Notes under the pieces: model-generated | What the model saw: only the letters and a program-made list of their open reading frames with translations | Databases searched by the model: none | Told to the model about the DNA's origin: nothing | Program-made: the position numbers and the translations under genes | Shown: piece by piece, positions 10,347-24,671 of the stretch | Layout: each line of letters opens with the position of its first letter | Numbering within the stretch: position 1 is the stretch's first letter | Source of the DNA: Bugula neritina | Lineage: Eukaryota; Animalia; Bryozoa | Direction: 5' to 3' | Length of the DNA: 64,000 bases | Assembly (NCBI GenBank): GCA_964035545.1 | Contig: OZ037768.1 | Span: forward strand, 11,254,741-11,318,740

Positions 10347-10469
10347 AGTCTATCTACAGCACCTGGTATTCCCAGGCGGTCACCCATCCAAGTACTAACC
10401 AGGCTCGACGTTGCTTAGCTTCAGTGATCGGACGAGAACTGGCGTTTTCAACGTGATATGGCCGTAGAC
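10347..10469 (-). rRNA. 5S rRNA (copy 14, 4-nt TAGA duplication at the 3' end)
   Basis: Plus strand reads gtctatctacag instead of gtctacag. Confidence 0.95.
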
Positions 10470-11139
10470 AACAGTGCACCCTTCGCAGCGATACTGGCTG
10501 AAGAATTAGCGGGGCGCGCTCGAGCGTGCAAGCACGTTGGTGATGCAGTGGCTGCAGTGCGCATTGCCTACTCACACTCTGCAGGTCACAACACCAGTCA
10601 TGATATTATTATAGCTTAATGCACAGCAAAGGTTTAAAATAAGCAGGCCTGAGAGGGGGCAAGACGAGAGTCGCGACACCACGGCACACAACTGGAGAGT
10701 TGCGCAAAATCTCCGCGTCACATTCGTGTGACTTTCAGGATGTGTGCTGTAGCATTGATTGAGATGAGTTTTGAAAGCATTTGCACATGTATATCAGGCA
10801 ATTTAATTTTGGAATTATTTCAACACTGCATTAGAGTTGATTAAATAAAATATTATTCTTGAGAAAGTCTTAAACAATTCTTTTTTGGAATTTGTGAAGC
10901 CATGCATCAGAAGAAATTCAAAAAGAATTTCAAAAATAAAAACATGTAATAAAAAGCAAGAATGATATAATATAATATTATTTTTTGGAAAGGAATGTTA
11001 AATATTCCATTTGAGTTAGTGTGTTGAAAAACATTTCACATCAGCAAGTTGGAAGAAATAATATTCGAGTAACTGATCATAATATTACTATTGCGTGTTG
11101 CTAATGTTTTTGTGTTTGAGGAGAGAAAAAAGAGAAAAA

Positions 11140-11258
11140 AGTCTACAGCACCTGGTATTCCCAGGCGGTCACCCATCCAAGTACTAACCAGGCTCGACGT
11201 TGCTTAGCTTCAGTGATCGGACGAGAACTGGCGTTTTCAACGTGATATGGCCGTAGAC
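11140..11258 (-). rRNA. 5S rRNA (copy 15)
   Basis: Matches copy 1. Confidence 0.98.
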
Positions 11259-11928
11259 AACAGTGCACCCTTCGCAGCGATACTGGCTGAAGAATTAGCG
11301 GGGCGCGCTCGAGCGTGCAAGCACGTTGGTGATGCAGTGGCTGCAGTGCGCATTGCCTACTCACACTCTGCAGGTCACAACACCAGTCATGATATTATTA
11401 TAGCTTAATGCACAGCAAAGGTTTAAAATAAGCAGGCCTGAGAGGGGGCAAGACGAGAGTCGCGACACCACGGCACACAACTGGAGAGTTGCGCAAAATC
11501 TCCGCGTCACATTCGTGTGACTTTCAGGATGTGTGCTGTAGCATTGATTGAGATGAGTTTTGAAAGCATTTGCACATGTATATCAGGCAATTTAATTTTG
11601 GAATTATTTCAACACTGCATTAGAGTTGATTAAATAAAATATTATTCTTGAGAAAGTCTTAAACAATTCTTTTTTGGAATTTGTGAAGCCATGCATCAGA
11701 AGAAATTCAAAAAGAATTTCAAAAATAAAAACATGTAATAAAAAGCAAGAATGATATAATATAATATTATTTTTTGGAAAGGAATGTTAAATATTCCATT
11801 TGAGTTAGTGTGTTGAAAAACATTTCACATCAGCAAGTTGGAAGAAATAATATTCGAGTAACTGATCATAATATTACTATTGCGTGTTGCTAATGTTTTT
11901 GTGTTTGAGGAGAGAAAAAAGAAAAAAA

Positions 11929-12047
11929 AGTCTACAGCACCTGGTATTCCCAGGCGGTCACCCATCCAAGTACTAACCAGGCTCGACGTTGCTTAGCTTC
12001 AGTGATCGGACGAGAACTGGCGTTTTCAACGTGATATGGCCGTAGAC
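11929..12047 (-). rRNA. 5S rRNA (copy 16)
   Basis: Matches copy 1. Confidence 0.98.
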
Positions 12048-12717
12048 AACAGTGCACCCTTCGCAGCGATACTGGCTGAAGAATTAGCGGGGCGCGCTCG
12101 AGCGTGCAAGCACGTTGGTGATGCAGTGGCTGCAGTGCGCATTGCCTACTCACACTCTGCAGGTCACAACACCAGTCATGATATTATTATAGCTTAATGC
12201 ACAGCAAAGGTTTAAAATAAGCAGGCCTGAGAGGGGGCAAGACGAGAGTCGCGACACCACGGCACACAACCGGAGAGTTGCGCAAAATCTCCGCGTCACA
12301 TTCGTGTGACTTTCAGGATGTGTGCTGTAGCATTGATTGAGATGAGTTTTGAAAGCATTTGCACATGTATATCAGGCAATTTAATTTTGGAATTATTTCA
12401 ACACTGCATTAGAGTTGATTAAATAAAATATTATTCTTGAGAAAGTCTTAAACAATTCTTTTTTGGATTTTGTGAAGCCATGCATCAGAAGAAATTCAAA
12501 AAGAATTTCAAAAATAAAAACATGTAATAAAAAGCAAGAATGATATAATATAATATTATTTTTTGGAAAGGAATGTTAAATATTCCATTTGAGTTAGTGT
12601 GTTGAAAAACATTTCACATCAGCAAGTTGGAAGAAATAATATTCGAGTAACTGATCATAATATTACTATTGCGTGTTGCTAATGTTTTTGTGTTTGAGGA
12701 GAGAAAAAAGAAAAAAA

Positions 12718-12836
12718 AGTCTACAGCACCTGGTATTCCCAGGCGGTCACCCATCCAAGTACTAACCAGGCTCGACGTTGCTTAGCTTCAGTGATCGGAC
12801 GAGAACTGGCGTTTTCAACGTGATATGGCCGTAGAC
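12718..12836 (-). rRNA. 5S rRNA (copy 17)
   Basis: Matches copy 1. Confidence 0.98.
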
Positions 12837-13506
12837 AACAGTGCACCCTTCGCAGCGATACTGGCTGAAGAATTAGCGGGGCGCGCTCGAGCGTGCAAGC
12901 ACGTTGGTGATGCAGTGGCTGCAGTGCGCATTGCCTACTCACACTCTGCAGGTCACAACACCAGTCATGATATTATTATAGCTTAATGCACAGCAAAGGT
13001 TTAAAATAAGCAGGCCTGAGAGGGGGCAAGACGAGAGTCGCGACACCACGGCACACAACTGGAGAGTTGCGCAAAATCTCCGCGTCACATTCGTGTGACT
13101 TTCAGGATGTGTGCTGTAGCATTGATTGAGATGAGTTTTGAAAGCATTTGCACATGTATATCAGGCAATTTAATTTTGGAATTATTTCAACACTGCATTA
13201 GAGTTGATTAAATAAAATATTATTCTTGAGAAAGTCTTAAACAATTCTTTTTTGGAATTTGTGAAGCCATGCATCAGAAGAAATTCAAAAAGAATTTCAA
13301 AAATAAAAACATGTAATAAAAAGCAAGAATGATATAATATAATATTATTTTTTGGAAAGGAATGTTAAATATTCCATTTGAGTTAGTGTGTTGAAAAACA
13401 TTTCACATCAGCAAGTTGGAAGAAATAATATCCGAGTAACCGATCATAATATTACTATTGCGTGTTGCTAATGTTTTTGTGTTTGAGGAGAGAAAAAAGA
13501 AAAAAA

Positions 13507-13625
13507 AGTCTACAGCACCTGGTATTCCCAGGCGGTCACCCATCCAAGTACTAACCAGGCTCGACGTTGCTTAGCTTCAGTGATCGGACGAGAACTGGCG
13601 TTTTCAACGTGATATGGCCGTAGAC
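13507..13625 (-). rRNA. 5S rRNA (copy 18)
   Basis: Matches copy 1. Confidence 0.98.
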
Positions 13626-14295
13626 AACAGTGCACCCTTCGCAGCGATACTGGCTGAAGAATTAGCGGGGCGCGCTCGAGCGTGCAAGCACGTTGGTGAT
13701 GCAGTGGCTGCAGTGCGCATTGCCTACTCACACTCTGCAGGTCACAACACCAGTCATGATATTATTATAGCTTAATGCACAGCAAAGGTTTAAAATAAGC
13801 AGGCCTGAGAGGGGGCAAGACGAGAGTCGCGACACCACGGCACACAACTGGAGAGTTGCGCAAAATCTCCGCGTCACATTCGTGTGACTTTCAGGATGTG
13901 TGCTGTAGCATTGATTGAGATGAGTTTTGAAAGCATTTGCACATGTATATCAGGCAATTTAATTTTGGAATTATTTCAACACTGCATTAGAGTTGATTAA
14001 ATAAAATATTATTCTTGAGAAAGTCTTAAACAATTCTTTTTTGGAATTTGTGAAGCCATGCATCAGAAGAAATTCAAAAAGAATTTCAAAAATAAAAACA
14101 TGTAATAAAAAGCAAGAATGATATAATATAATATTATTTTTTGGAAAGGAATGTTAAATATTCCATTTGAGTTAGTGTGTTGAAAAACATTTCACATCAG
14201 CAAGTTGGAAGAAATAATATTCGAGTAACTGATCATAATATTACTATTGCGTGTTGCTAATGTTTTTGTGTTTGAGGAGAGAAAAAAGAAAAAAA

Positions 14296-14414
14296 AGTCT
14301 ACAGCACCTGGTATTCCCAGGCGGTCACCCATCCAAGTACTAACCAGGCTCGACGTTGCTTAGCTTCAGTGATCGGACGAGAACTGGCGTTTTCAACGTG
14401 ATATGGCCGTAGAC
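14296..14414 (-). rRNA. 5S rRNA (copy 19)
   Basis: Matches copy 1. Confidence 0.98.
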
Positions 14415-15084
14415 AACAGTGCACCCTTCGCAGCGATACTGGCTGAAGAATTAGCGGGGCGCGCTCGAGCGTGCAAGCACGTTGGTGATGCAGTGGCTGC
14501 AGTGCGCATTGCCTACTCACACTCTGCAGGTCACAACACCAGTCATGATATTATTATAGCTTAATGCACAGCAAAGGTTTAAAATAAGCAGGCCTGAGAG
14601 GGGGCAAGACGAGAGTCGCGACACCACGGCACACAACTGGAGAGTTGCGCAAAATCTCCGCGTCACATTCGTGTGACTTTCAGGATGTGTGCTGTAGCAT
14701 TGATTGAGATGAGTTTTGAAAGCATTTGCACATGTATATCAGGCAATTTAATTTTGGAATTATTTCAACACTGCATTAGAGTTGATTAAATAAAATATTA
14801 TTCTTGAGAAAGTCTTAAACAATTCTTTTTTGGAATTTGTGAAGCCATGCATCAGAAGAAATTCAAAAAGAATTTCAAAAATAAAAACATGTAATAAAAA
14901 GCAAGAATGATATAATATAATATTATTTTTTGGAAAGGAATGTTAAATATTCCATTTGAGTTAGTGTGTTGAAAAACATTTCACATCAGCAAGTTGGAAG
15001 AAATAATATTCGAGTAACTGATCATAATATTACTATTGCGTGTTGCTAATGTTTTTGTGTTTGAGGAGAGAAAAAAGAAAAAAA

Positions 15085-15203
15085 AGTCTACAGCACCTGG
15101 TATTCCCAGGCGGTCACCCATCCAAGTACTAACCAGGCTCGACGTTGCTTAGCTTCAGTGATCGGACGAGAACTGGCGTTTTCAACGTGATATGGCCGTA
15201 GAC
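15085..15203 (-). rRNA. 5S rRNA (copy 20)
   Basis: Matches copy 1. Confidence 0.98.
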
Positions 15204-15873
15204 AACAGTGCACCCTTCGCAGCGATACTGGCTGAAGAATTAGCGGGGCGCGCTCGAGCGTGCAAGCACGTTGGTGATGCAGTGGCTGCAGTGCGCATTG
15301 CCTACTCACACTCTGCAGGTCACAACACCAGTCATGATATTATTATAGCTTAATGCACAGCAAAGGTTTAAAATAAGCAGGCCTGAGAGGGGGCAAGACG
15401 AGAGTCGCGACACCACGGCACACAACTGGAGAGTTGCGCAAAATCTCCGCGTCACATTCGTGTGACTTTCAGGATGTGTGCTGTAGCATTGATTGAGATG
15501 AGTTTTGAAAGCATTTGCACATGTATATCAGGCAATTTAATTTTGGAATTATTTCAACACTGCATTAGAGTTGATTAAATAAAATATTATTCTTGAGAAT
15601 GTCTTAAACAATTCTTTTTTGGAATTTGTGAAGCCATGCATCAGAAGAAATTCAAAAAGAATTTCAAAAATACAAACATGTAATAAAAAGCAAGAATGAT
15701 ATAATATAATATTATTTTTTGGAAAGGAATGTTAAATATTCCATTTGAGTTAGTGTGTTGAAAAACATTTCACATCAGCAAGTTGGAAGAAATAATATTC
15801 GAGTAACTGATCATAATATTACTATTGCGTGTTGCTAATGTTTTTGTGTTTGAGGAGAGAAAAAAGAAAAAAA

Positions 15874-15992
15874 AGTCTACAGCACCTGGTATTCCCAGGC
15901 GGTCACCCATCCAAGTACTAACCAGGCTCGACGTTGCTTAGCTTCAGTGATCGGACGAGAACTGGCGTTTTCAACGTGATATGGCCGTAGAC
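15874..15992 (-). rRNA. 5S rRNA (copy 21)
   Basis: Matches copy 1. Confidence 0.98.
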
Positions 15993-16662
15993 AACAGTGC
16001 ACCCTTCGCAGCGATACTGGCTGAAGAATTAGCGGGGCGCGCTCGAGCGTGCAAGCACGTTGGTGATGCAGTGGCTGCAGTGCGCATTGCCTACTCACAC
16101 TCTGCAGGTCACAACACCAGTCATGATATTATTATAGCTTAATGCACAGCAAAGGTTTAAAATAAGCAGGCCTGAGAGGGGGCAAGACGAGAGTCGCGAC
16201 ACCACGGCACACAACTGGAGAGTTGCGCAAAATCTCCGCGTCACATTCGTGTGACTTTCAGGATGTGTGCTGTAGCATTGATTGAGATGAGTTTTGAAAG
16301 CATTTGCACATGTATATCAGGCAATTTAATTTTGGAATTATTTCAACACTGCATTAGAGTTGATTAAATAAAATATTATTCTTGAGAATGTCTTAAACAA
16401 TTCTTTTTTGGAATTTGTGAAGCCATGCATCAGAAGAAATTCAAAAAGAATTTCAAAAATAAAAACATGTAATAAAAAGCAAGAATGATATAATATAATA
16501 TTATTTTTTGGAAAGGAATGTTAAATATTCCATTTGAGTTAGTGTGTTGAAAAACATTTCACATCAGCAAGTTGGAAGAAACAATATTCGAGTAACTGAT
16601 CATAATATTACTATTGCGTGTTGCTAATGTTTTTGTGTTTGAGGAGAGAAAAAAGAAAAAAA

Positions 16663-16781
16663 AGTCTACAGCACCTGGTATTCCCAGGCGGTCACCCATC
16701 CAAGTACTAACCAGGCTCGACGTTGCTTAGCTTCAGTGATCGGACGAGAACTGGCGTTTTCAACGTGATATGGCCGTAGAC
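16663..16781 (-). rRNA. 5S rRNA (copy 22)
   Basis: Matches copy 1. Confidence 0.98.
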
Positions 16782-17451
16782 AACAGTGCACCCTTCGCAG
16801 CGATACTGGCTGAAGAATTAGCGGGGCGCGCTCGAGCGTGCAAGCACGTTGGTGATGCAGTGGCTGCAGTGCGCATTGCCTACTCACACTCTGCAGGTCA
16901 CAACACCAGTCATGATATTATTATAGCTTAATGCACAGCAAAGGTTTAAAATAAGCAGGCCTGAGAGGGGGCAAGACGAGAGTCGCGACACCACGGCACA
17001 CAACTGGAGAGTTGCGCAAAATCTCCGCGTCACATTCGTGTGACTTTCAGGATGTGTGCTGTAGCATTGATTGAGATGAGTTTTGAAAGCATTTGCACAT
17101 GTATATCAGGCAATTTAATTTTGGAATTATTTCAACACTGCATTAGAGTTGATTAAATAAAATATTATTCTTGAGAATGTCTTAAACAATTCTTTTTTGG
17201 AATTTGTGAAGCCATGCATCAGAAGAAATTCAAAAAGAATTTCAAAAATACAAACATGTAATAAAAAGCAAGAATGATATAATATAATATTATTTTTTGG
17301 AAAGGAATGTTAAATATTCCATTTGAGTTAGTGTGTTGAAAAACATTTCACATCAGCAAGTTGGAAGAAATAATATTCGAGTAACTGATCATAATATTAC
17401 TATTGCGTGTTGCTAATGTTTTTGTGTTTGAGGAGAGAAAAAAGAAAAAAA

Positions 17452-17570
17452 AGTCTACAGCACCTGGTATTCCCAGGCGGTCACCCATCCAAGTACTAAC
17501 CAGGCTCGACGTTGCTTAGCTTCAGTGATCGGACGAGAACTGGCGTTTTCAACGTGATATGGCCGTAGAC
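17452..17570 (-). rRNA. 5S rRNA (copy 23)
   Basis: Matches copy 1. Confidence 0.98.
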
Positions 17571-18240
17571 AACAGTGCACCCTTCGCAGCGATACTGGCT
17601 GAAGAATTAGCGGGGCGCGCTCGAGCGTGCAAGCACGTTGGTGATGCAGTGGCTGCAGTGCGCATTGCCTACTCACACTCTGCAGGTCACAACACCAGTC
17701 ATGATATTATTATAGCTTAATGCACAGCAAAGGTTTAAAATAAGCAGGCCTGAGAGGGGGCAAGACGAGAGTCGCGACACCACGGCACACAACTGGAGAG
17801 TTGCGCAAAATCTCCGCGTCACATTCGTGTGACTTTCAGGATGTGTGCTGTAGCATTGATTGAGATGAGTTTTGAAAGCATTTGCACATGTATATCAGGC
17901 AATTTAATTTTGGAATTATTTCAACACTGCATTAGAGTTGATTAAATAAAATATTATTCTTGAGAATGTCTTAAACAATTCTTTTTTGGAATTTGTGAAG
18001 CCATGCATCAGAAGAAATTCAAAAAGAATTTCAAAAATACAAACATGTAATAAAAAGCAAGAATGATATAATATAATATTATTTTTTGGAAAGGAATGTT
18101 AAATATTCCATTTGAGTTAGTGTGTTGAAAAACATTTCACATCAGCAAGTTGGAAGAAATAATATTCGAGTAACTGATCATAATATTACTATTGCGTGTT
18201 GCTAATGTTTTTGTGTTTGAGGAGAGAAAAAAGAAAAAAA

Positions 18241-18359
18241 AGTCTACAGCACCTGGTATTCCCAGGCGGTCACCCATCCAAGTACTAACCAGGCTCGACG
18301 TTGCTTAGCTTCAGTGATCGGACGAGAACTGGCGTTTTCAACGTGATATGGCCGTAGAC
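18241..18359 (-). rRNA. 5S rRNA (copy 24)
   Basis: Matches copy 1. Confidence 0.98.
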
Positions 18360-19029
18360 AACAGTGCACCCTTCGCAGCGATACTGGCTGAAGAATTAGC
18401 GGGGCGCGCTCGAGCGTGCAAGCACGTTGGTGATGCAGTGGCTGCAGTGCGCATTGCCTACTCACACTCTGCAGGTCACAACACCAGTCATGATATTATT
18501 ATAGCTTAATGCACAGCAAAGGTTTAAAATAAGCAGGCCTGAGAGGGGGCAAGACGAGAGTCGCGACACCACGGCACACAACTGGAGAGTTGCGCAAAAT
18601 CTCCGCGTCACATTCGTGTGACTTTCAGGATGTGTGCTGCAGCATTGATTGAGATGAGTTTTGAAAGCATTTGCACATGTATATCAGGCAATTTAATTTT
18701 GGAATTATTTCAACACTGCATTAGAGTTGATTAAATAAAATATTATTCTTGAGAATGTCTTAAACAATTCTTTTTTGGAATTTGTGAAGCCATGCATCAG
18801 AAGAAATTCAAAAAGAATTTCAAAAATACAAACATGTAATAAAAAGCAAGAATGATATAATATAATATTATTTTTTGGAAAGGAATGTTAAATATTCCAT
18901 TTGAGTTAGTGTGTTGAAAAACATTTCACATCAGCAAGTTGGAAGAAATAATATTCGAGTAACTGATCATAATATTACTATTGCGTGTTGCTAATGTTTT
19001 TGTGTTTGAGGAGAGAAAAAAGAAAAAAA

Positions 19030-19148
19030 AGTCTACAGCACCTGGTATTCCCAGGCGGTCACCCATCCAAGTACTAACCAGGCTCGACGTTGCTTAGCTT
19101 CAGTGATCGGACGAGAACTGGCGTTTTCAACGTGATATGGCCGTAGAC
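19030..19148 (-). rRNA. 5S rRNA (copy 25)
   Basis: Matches copy 1. Confidence 0.98.
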
Positions 19149-19818
19149 AACAGTGCACCCTTCGCAGCGATACTGGCTGAAGAATTAGCGGGGCGCGCTC
19201 GAGCGTGCAAGCACGTTGGTGATGCAGTGGCTGCAGTGCGCATTGCCTACTCACACTCTGCAGGTCACAACACCAGTCATGATATTATTATAGCTTAATG
19301 CACAGCAAAGGTTTAAAATAAGCAGGCCTGAGAGGGGGCAAGACGAGAGTCGCGACACCACGGCACACAACTGGAGAGTTGCGCAAAATCTCCGCGTCAC
19401 ATTCGTGTGACTTTCAGGATGTGTGCTGCAGCATTGATTGAGATGAGTTTTGAAAGCATTTGCACATGTATATCAGGCAATTTAATTTTGGAATTATTTC
19501 AACACTGCATTAGAGTTGATTAAATAAAATATTATTCTTGAGAATGTCTTAAACAATTCTTTTTTGGAATTTGTGAAGCCATGCATCAGAAGAAATTCAA
19601 AAAGAATTTCAAAAATACAAACATGTAATAAAAAGCAAGAATGATATAATATAATATTATTTTTTGGAAAGGAATGTTAAATATTCCATTTGAGTTAGTG
19701 TGTTGAAAAACATTTCACATCAGCAAGTTGGAAGAAATAATATTCGAGTAACTGATCATAATATTACTATTGCGTGTTGCTAATGTTTTTGTGTTTGAGG
19801 AGAGAAAAAAGAAAAAAA

Positions 19819-19937
19819 AGTCTACAGCACCTGGTATTCCCAGGCGGTCACCCATCCAAGTACTAACCAGGCTCGACGTTGCTTAGCTTCAGTGATCGGA
19901 CGAGAACTGGCGTTTTCAACGTGATATGGCCGTAGAC
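19819..19937 (-). rRNA. 5S rRNA (copy 26)
   Basis: Matches copy 1. Confidence 0.98.
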
Positions 19938-20607
19938 AACAGTGCACCCTTCGCAGCGATACTGGCTGAAGAATTAGCGGGGCGCGCTCGAGCGTGCAAG
20001 CACGTTGGTGATGCAGTGGCTGCAGTGCGCATTGCCTACTCACACTCTGCAGGTCACAACACCAGTCATGATATTATTATAGCTTAATGCACAGCAAAGG
20101 TTTAAAATAAGCAGGCCTGAGAGGGGGCAAGACGAGAGTCGCGACACCACGGCACACAACTGGAGAGTTGCGCAAAATCTCCGCGTCACATTCGTGTGAC
20201 TTTCAGGATGTGTGCTGCAGCATTGATTGAGATGAGTTTTGAAAGCATTTGCACATGTATATCAGGCAATTTAATTTTGGAATTATTTCAACACTGCATT
20301 AGAGTTGATTAAATAAAATATTATTCTTGAGAATGTCTTAAACAATTCTTTTTTGGAATTTGTGAAGCCATGCATCAGAAGAAATTCAAAAAGAATTTCA
20401 AAAATAAAAACATGTAATAAAAAGCAAGAATGATATAATATAATATTATTTTTTGGAAAGGAATGTTAAATATTCCATTTGAGTTAGTGTGTTGAAAAAC
20501 ATTTCACATCAGCAAGTTGGAAGAAACAATATTCGAGTAACTGATCATAATATTACTATTGCGTGTTGCTAATGTTTTTGTGTTTGAGGAGAGAAAAAAG
20601 AAAAAAA

Positions 20608-20726
20608 AGTCTACAGCACCTGGTATTCCCAGGCGGTCACCCATCCAAGTACTAACCAGGCTCGACGTTGCTTAGCTTCAGTGATCGGACGAGAACTGGC
20701 GTTTTCAACGTGATATGGCCGTAGAC
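20608..20726 (-). rRNA. 5S rRNA (copy 27)
   Basis: Matches copy 1. Confidence 0.98.
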
Positions 20727-21396
20727 AACAGTGCACCCTTCGCAGCGATACTGGCTGAAGAATTAGCGGGGCGCGCTCGAGCGTGCAAGCACGTTGGTGA
20801 TGCAGTGGCTGCAGTGCGCATTGCCTACTCACACTCTGCAGGTCACAACACCAGTCATGATATTATTATAGCTTAATGCACAGCAAAGGTTTAAAATAAG
20901 CAGGCCTGAGAGGGGGCAAGACGAGAGTCGCGACACCACGGCACACAACTGGAGAGTTGCGCAAAATCTCCGCGTCACATTCGTGTGACTTTCAGGATGT
21001 GTGCTGTAGCATTGATTGAGATGAGTTTTGAAAGCATTTGCACATGTATATCAGGCAATTTAATTTTGGAATTATTTCAACACTGCATTAGAGTTGATTA
21101 AATAAAATATTATTCTTGAGAAAGTCTTAAACAATTCTTTTTTGGAATTTGTGAAGCCATGCATCAGAAGAAATTCAAAAAGAATTTCAAAAATAAAAAC
21201 ATGTAATAAAAAGCAAGAATGATATAATATAATATTATTTTTTGGAAAGGAATGTTAAATATTCCATTTGAGTTAGTGTGTTGAAAAACATTTCACATCA
21301 GCAAGTTGGAAGAAATAATATTCGAGTAACTGATCATAATATTACTATTGCGTGTTGCTAATGTTTTTGTGTTTGAGGAGAGAAAAAAGAGAAAAA

Positions 21397-21515
21397 AGTC
21401 TACAGCACCTGGTATTCCCAGGCGGTCACCCATCCAAGTACTAACCAGGCTCGACGTTGCTTAGCTTCAGTGATCGGACGAGAACTGGCGTTTTCAACGT
21501 GATATGGCCGTAGAC
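21397..21515 (-). rRNA. 5S rRNA (copy 28)
   Basis: Matches copy 1. Confidence 0.98.
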
Positions 21516-22185
21516 AACAGTGCACCCTTCGCAGCGATACTGGCTGAAGAATTAGCGGGGCGCGCTCGAGCGTGCAAGCACGTTGGTGATGCAGTGGCTG
21601 CAGTGCGCATTGCCTACTCACACTCTGCAGGTCACAACACCAGTCATGATATTATTATAGCTTAATGCACAGCAAAGGTTTAAAATAAGCAGGCCTGAGA
21701 GGGGGCAAGACGAGAGTCGCGACACCACGGCACACAACTGGAGAGTTGCGCAAAATCTCCGCGTCACATTCGTGTGACTTTCAGGATGTGTGCTGTAGCA
21801 TTGATTGAGATGAGTTTTGAAAGCATTTGCACATGTATATCAGGCAATTTAATTTTGGAATTATTTCAACACTGCATTAGAGTTGATTAAATAAAATATT
21901 ATTCTTGAGAAAGTCTTAAACAATTCTTTTTTGGAATTTGTGAAGCCATGCATCAGAAGAAATTCAAAAAGAATTTCAAAAATAAAAACATGTAATAAAA
22001 AGCAAGAATGATATAATATAATATTATTTTTTGGAAAGGAATGTTAAATATTCCATTTGAGTTAGTGTGTTGAAAAACATTTCACATCAGCAAGTTGGAA
22101 GAAATAATATTCGAGTAACTGATCATAATATTACTATTGCGTGTTGCTAATGTTTTTGTGTTTGAGGAGAGAAAAAAGAAAAAAA

Positions 22186-22304
22186 AGTCTACAGCACCTG
22201 GTATTCCCAGGCGGTCACCCATCCAAGTACCAACCAGGCTCGACGTTGCTTAGCTTCAGTGATCGGACGAGAACTGGCGTTTTCAACGTGATATGGCCGT
22301 AGAC
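22186..22304 (-). rRNA. 5S rRNA (copy 29, A74G variant)
   Basis: Matches copy 1 except at 22231. Confidence 0.97.
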
Positions 22305-22974
22305 AACAGTGCACCCTTCGCAGCGATACTGGCTGAAGAATTAGCGGGGCGCGCTCGAGCGTGCAAGCACGTTGGTGATGCAGTGGCTGCAGTGCGCATT
22401 GCCTACTCACACTCTGCAGGTCACAACACCAGTCATGATATTATTATAGCTTAATGCACAGCAAAGGTTTAAAATAAGCAGGCCTGAGAGGGGGCAAGAC
22501 GAGAGTCGCGACACCACGGCACACAACTGGAGAGTTGCGCAAAATCTCCGCGTCACATTCGTGTGACTTTCAGGATGTGTGCTGTAGCATTGATTGAGAT
22601 GAGTTTTGAAAGCATTTGCACATGTATATCAGGCAATTTAATTTTGGAATTATTTCAACACTGCATTAGAGTTGATTAAATAAAATATTATTCTTGAGAA
22701 TGTCTTAAACAATTCTTTTTTGGAATTTGTGAAGCCATGCATCAGAAGAAATTCAAAAAGAATTTCAAAAATAAAAACATGTAATAAAAAGCAAGAATGA
22801 TATAATATAATATTATTTTTTGGAAAGGAATGTTAAATATTCCATTTGAGTTAGTGTGTTGAAAAACATTTCACATCAGCAAGTTGGAAGAAACAATATT
22901 CGAGTAACTGATCATAATATTACTATTGCGTGTTGCTAATGTTTTTGTGTTTGAGGAGAGAAAAAAGAAAAAAA

Positions 22975-23093
22975 AGTCTACAGCACCTGGTATTCCCAGG
23001 CGGTCACCCATCCAAGTACTAACCAGGCTCGACGTTGCTTAGCTTCAGTGATCGGACGAGAACTGGCGTTTTCAACGTGATATGGCCGTAGAC
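22975..23093 (-). rRNA. 5S rRNA (copy 30)
   Basis: Matches copy 1. Confidence 0.98.
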
Positions 23094-23763
23094 AACAGTG
23101 CACCCTTCGCAGCGATACTGGCTGAAGAATTAGCGGGGCGCGCTCGAGCGTGCAAGCACGTTGGTGATGCAGTGGCTGCAGTGCGCATTGCCTACTCACA
23201 CTCTGCAGGTCACAACACCAGTCATGATATTATTATAGCTTAATGCACAGCAAAGGTTTAAAATAAGCAGGCCTGAGAGGGGGCAAGACGAGAGTCGCGA
23301 CACCACGGCACACAACTGGAGAGTTGCGCAAAATCTCCGCGTCACATTCGTGTGACTTTCAGGATGTGTGCTGTAGCATTGATTGAGATGAGTTTTGAAA
23401 GCATTTGCACATGTATATCAGGCAATTTAATTTTGGAATTATTTCAACACTGCATTAGAGTTGATTAAATAAAATATTATTCTTGAGAATGTCTTAAACA
23501 ATTCTTTTTTGGAATTTGTGAAGCCATGCATCAGAAGAAATTCAAAAAGAATTTCAAAAATACAAACATGTAATAAAAAGCAAGAATGATATAATATAAT
23601 ATTATTTTTTGGAAAGGAATGTTAAATATTCCATTTGAGTTAGTGTGTTGAAAAACATTTCACATCAGCAAGTTGGAAGAAATAATATTCGAGTAACTGA
23701 TCATAATATTACTATTGCGTGTTGCTAATGTTTTTGTGTTTGAGGAGAGAAAAAAGAAAAAAA

Positions 23764-23882
23764 AGTCTACAGCACCTGGTATTCCCAGGCGGTCACCCAT
23801 CCAAGTACTAACCAGGCTCGACGTTGCTTAGCTTCAGTGATCGGACGAGAACTGGCGTTTTCAACGTGATATGGCCGTAGAC
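23764..23882 (-). rRNA. 5S rRNA (copy 31)
   Basis: Matches copy 1. Confidence 0.98.
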
Positions 23883-24552
23883 AACAGTGCACCCTTCGCA
23901 GCGATACTGGCTGAAGAATTAGCGGGGCGCGCTCGAGCGTGCAAGCACGTTGGTGATGCAGTGGCTGCAGTGCGCATTGCCTACTCACACTCTGCAGGTC
24001 ACAACACCAGTCATGATATTATTATAGCTTAATGCACAGCAAAGGTTTAAAATAAGCAGGCCTGAGAGGGGGCAAGACGAGAGTCGCGACACCACGGCAC
24101 ACAACTGGAGAGTTGCGCAAAATCTCCGCGTCACATTCGTGTGACTTTCAGGATGTGTGCTGTAGCATTGATTGAGATGAGTTTTGAAAGCATTTGCACA
24201 TGTATATCAGGCAATTTAATTTTGGAATTATTTCAACACTGCATTAGAGTTGATTAAATAAAATATTATTCTTGAGAATGTCTTAAACAATTCTTTTTTG
24301 GAATTTGTGAAGCCATGCATCAGAAGAAATTCAAAAAGAATTTCAAAAATAAAAACATGTAATAAAAAGCAAGAATGATATAATATAATATTATTTTTTG
24401 GAAAGGAATGTTAAATATTCCATTTGAGTTAGTGTGTTGAAAAACATTTCACATCAGCAAGTTGGAAGAAACAATATTCGAGTAACTGATCATAATATTA
24501 CTATTGCGTGTTGCTAATGTTTTTGTGTTTGAGGAGAGAAAAAAGAAAAAAA

Positions 24553-24671
24553 AGTCTACAGCACCTGGTATTCCCAGGCGGTCACCCATCCAAGTACTAA
24601 CCAGGCTCGACGTTGCTTAGCTTCAGTGATCGGACGAGAACTGGCGTTTTCAACGTGATATGGCCGTAGAC
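24553..24671 (-). rRNA. 5S rRNA (copy 32)
   Basis: Matches copy 1. Confidence 0.98.
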
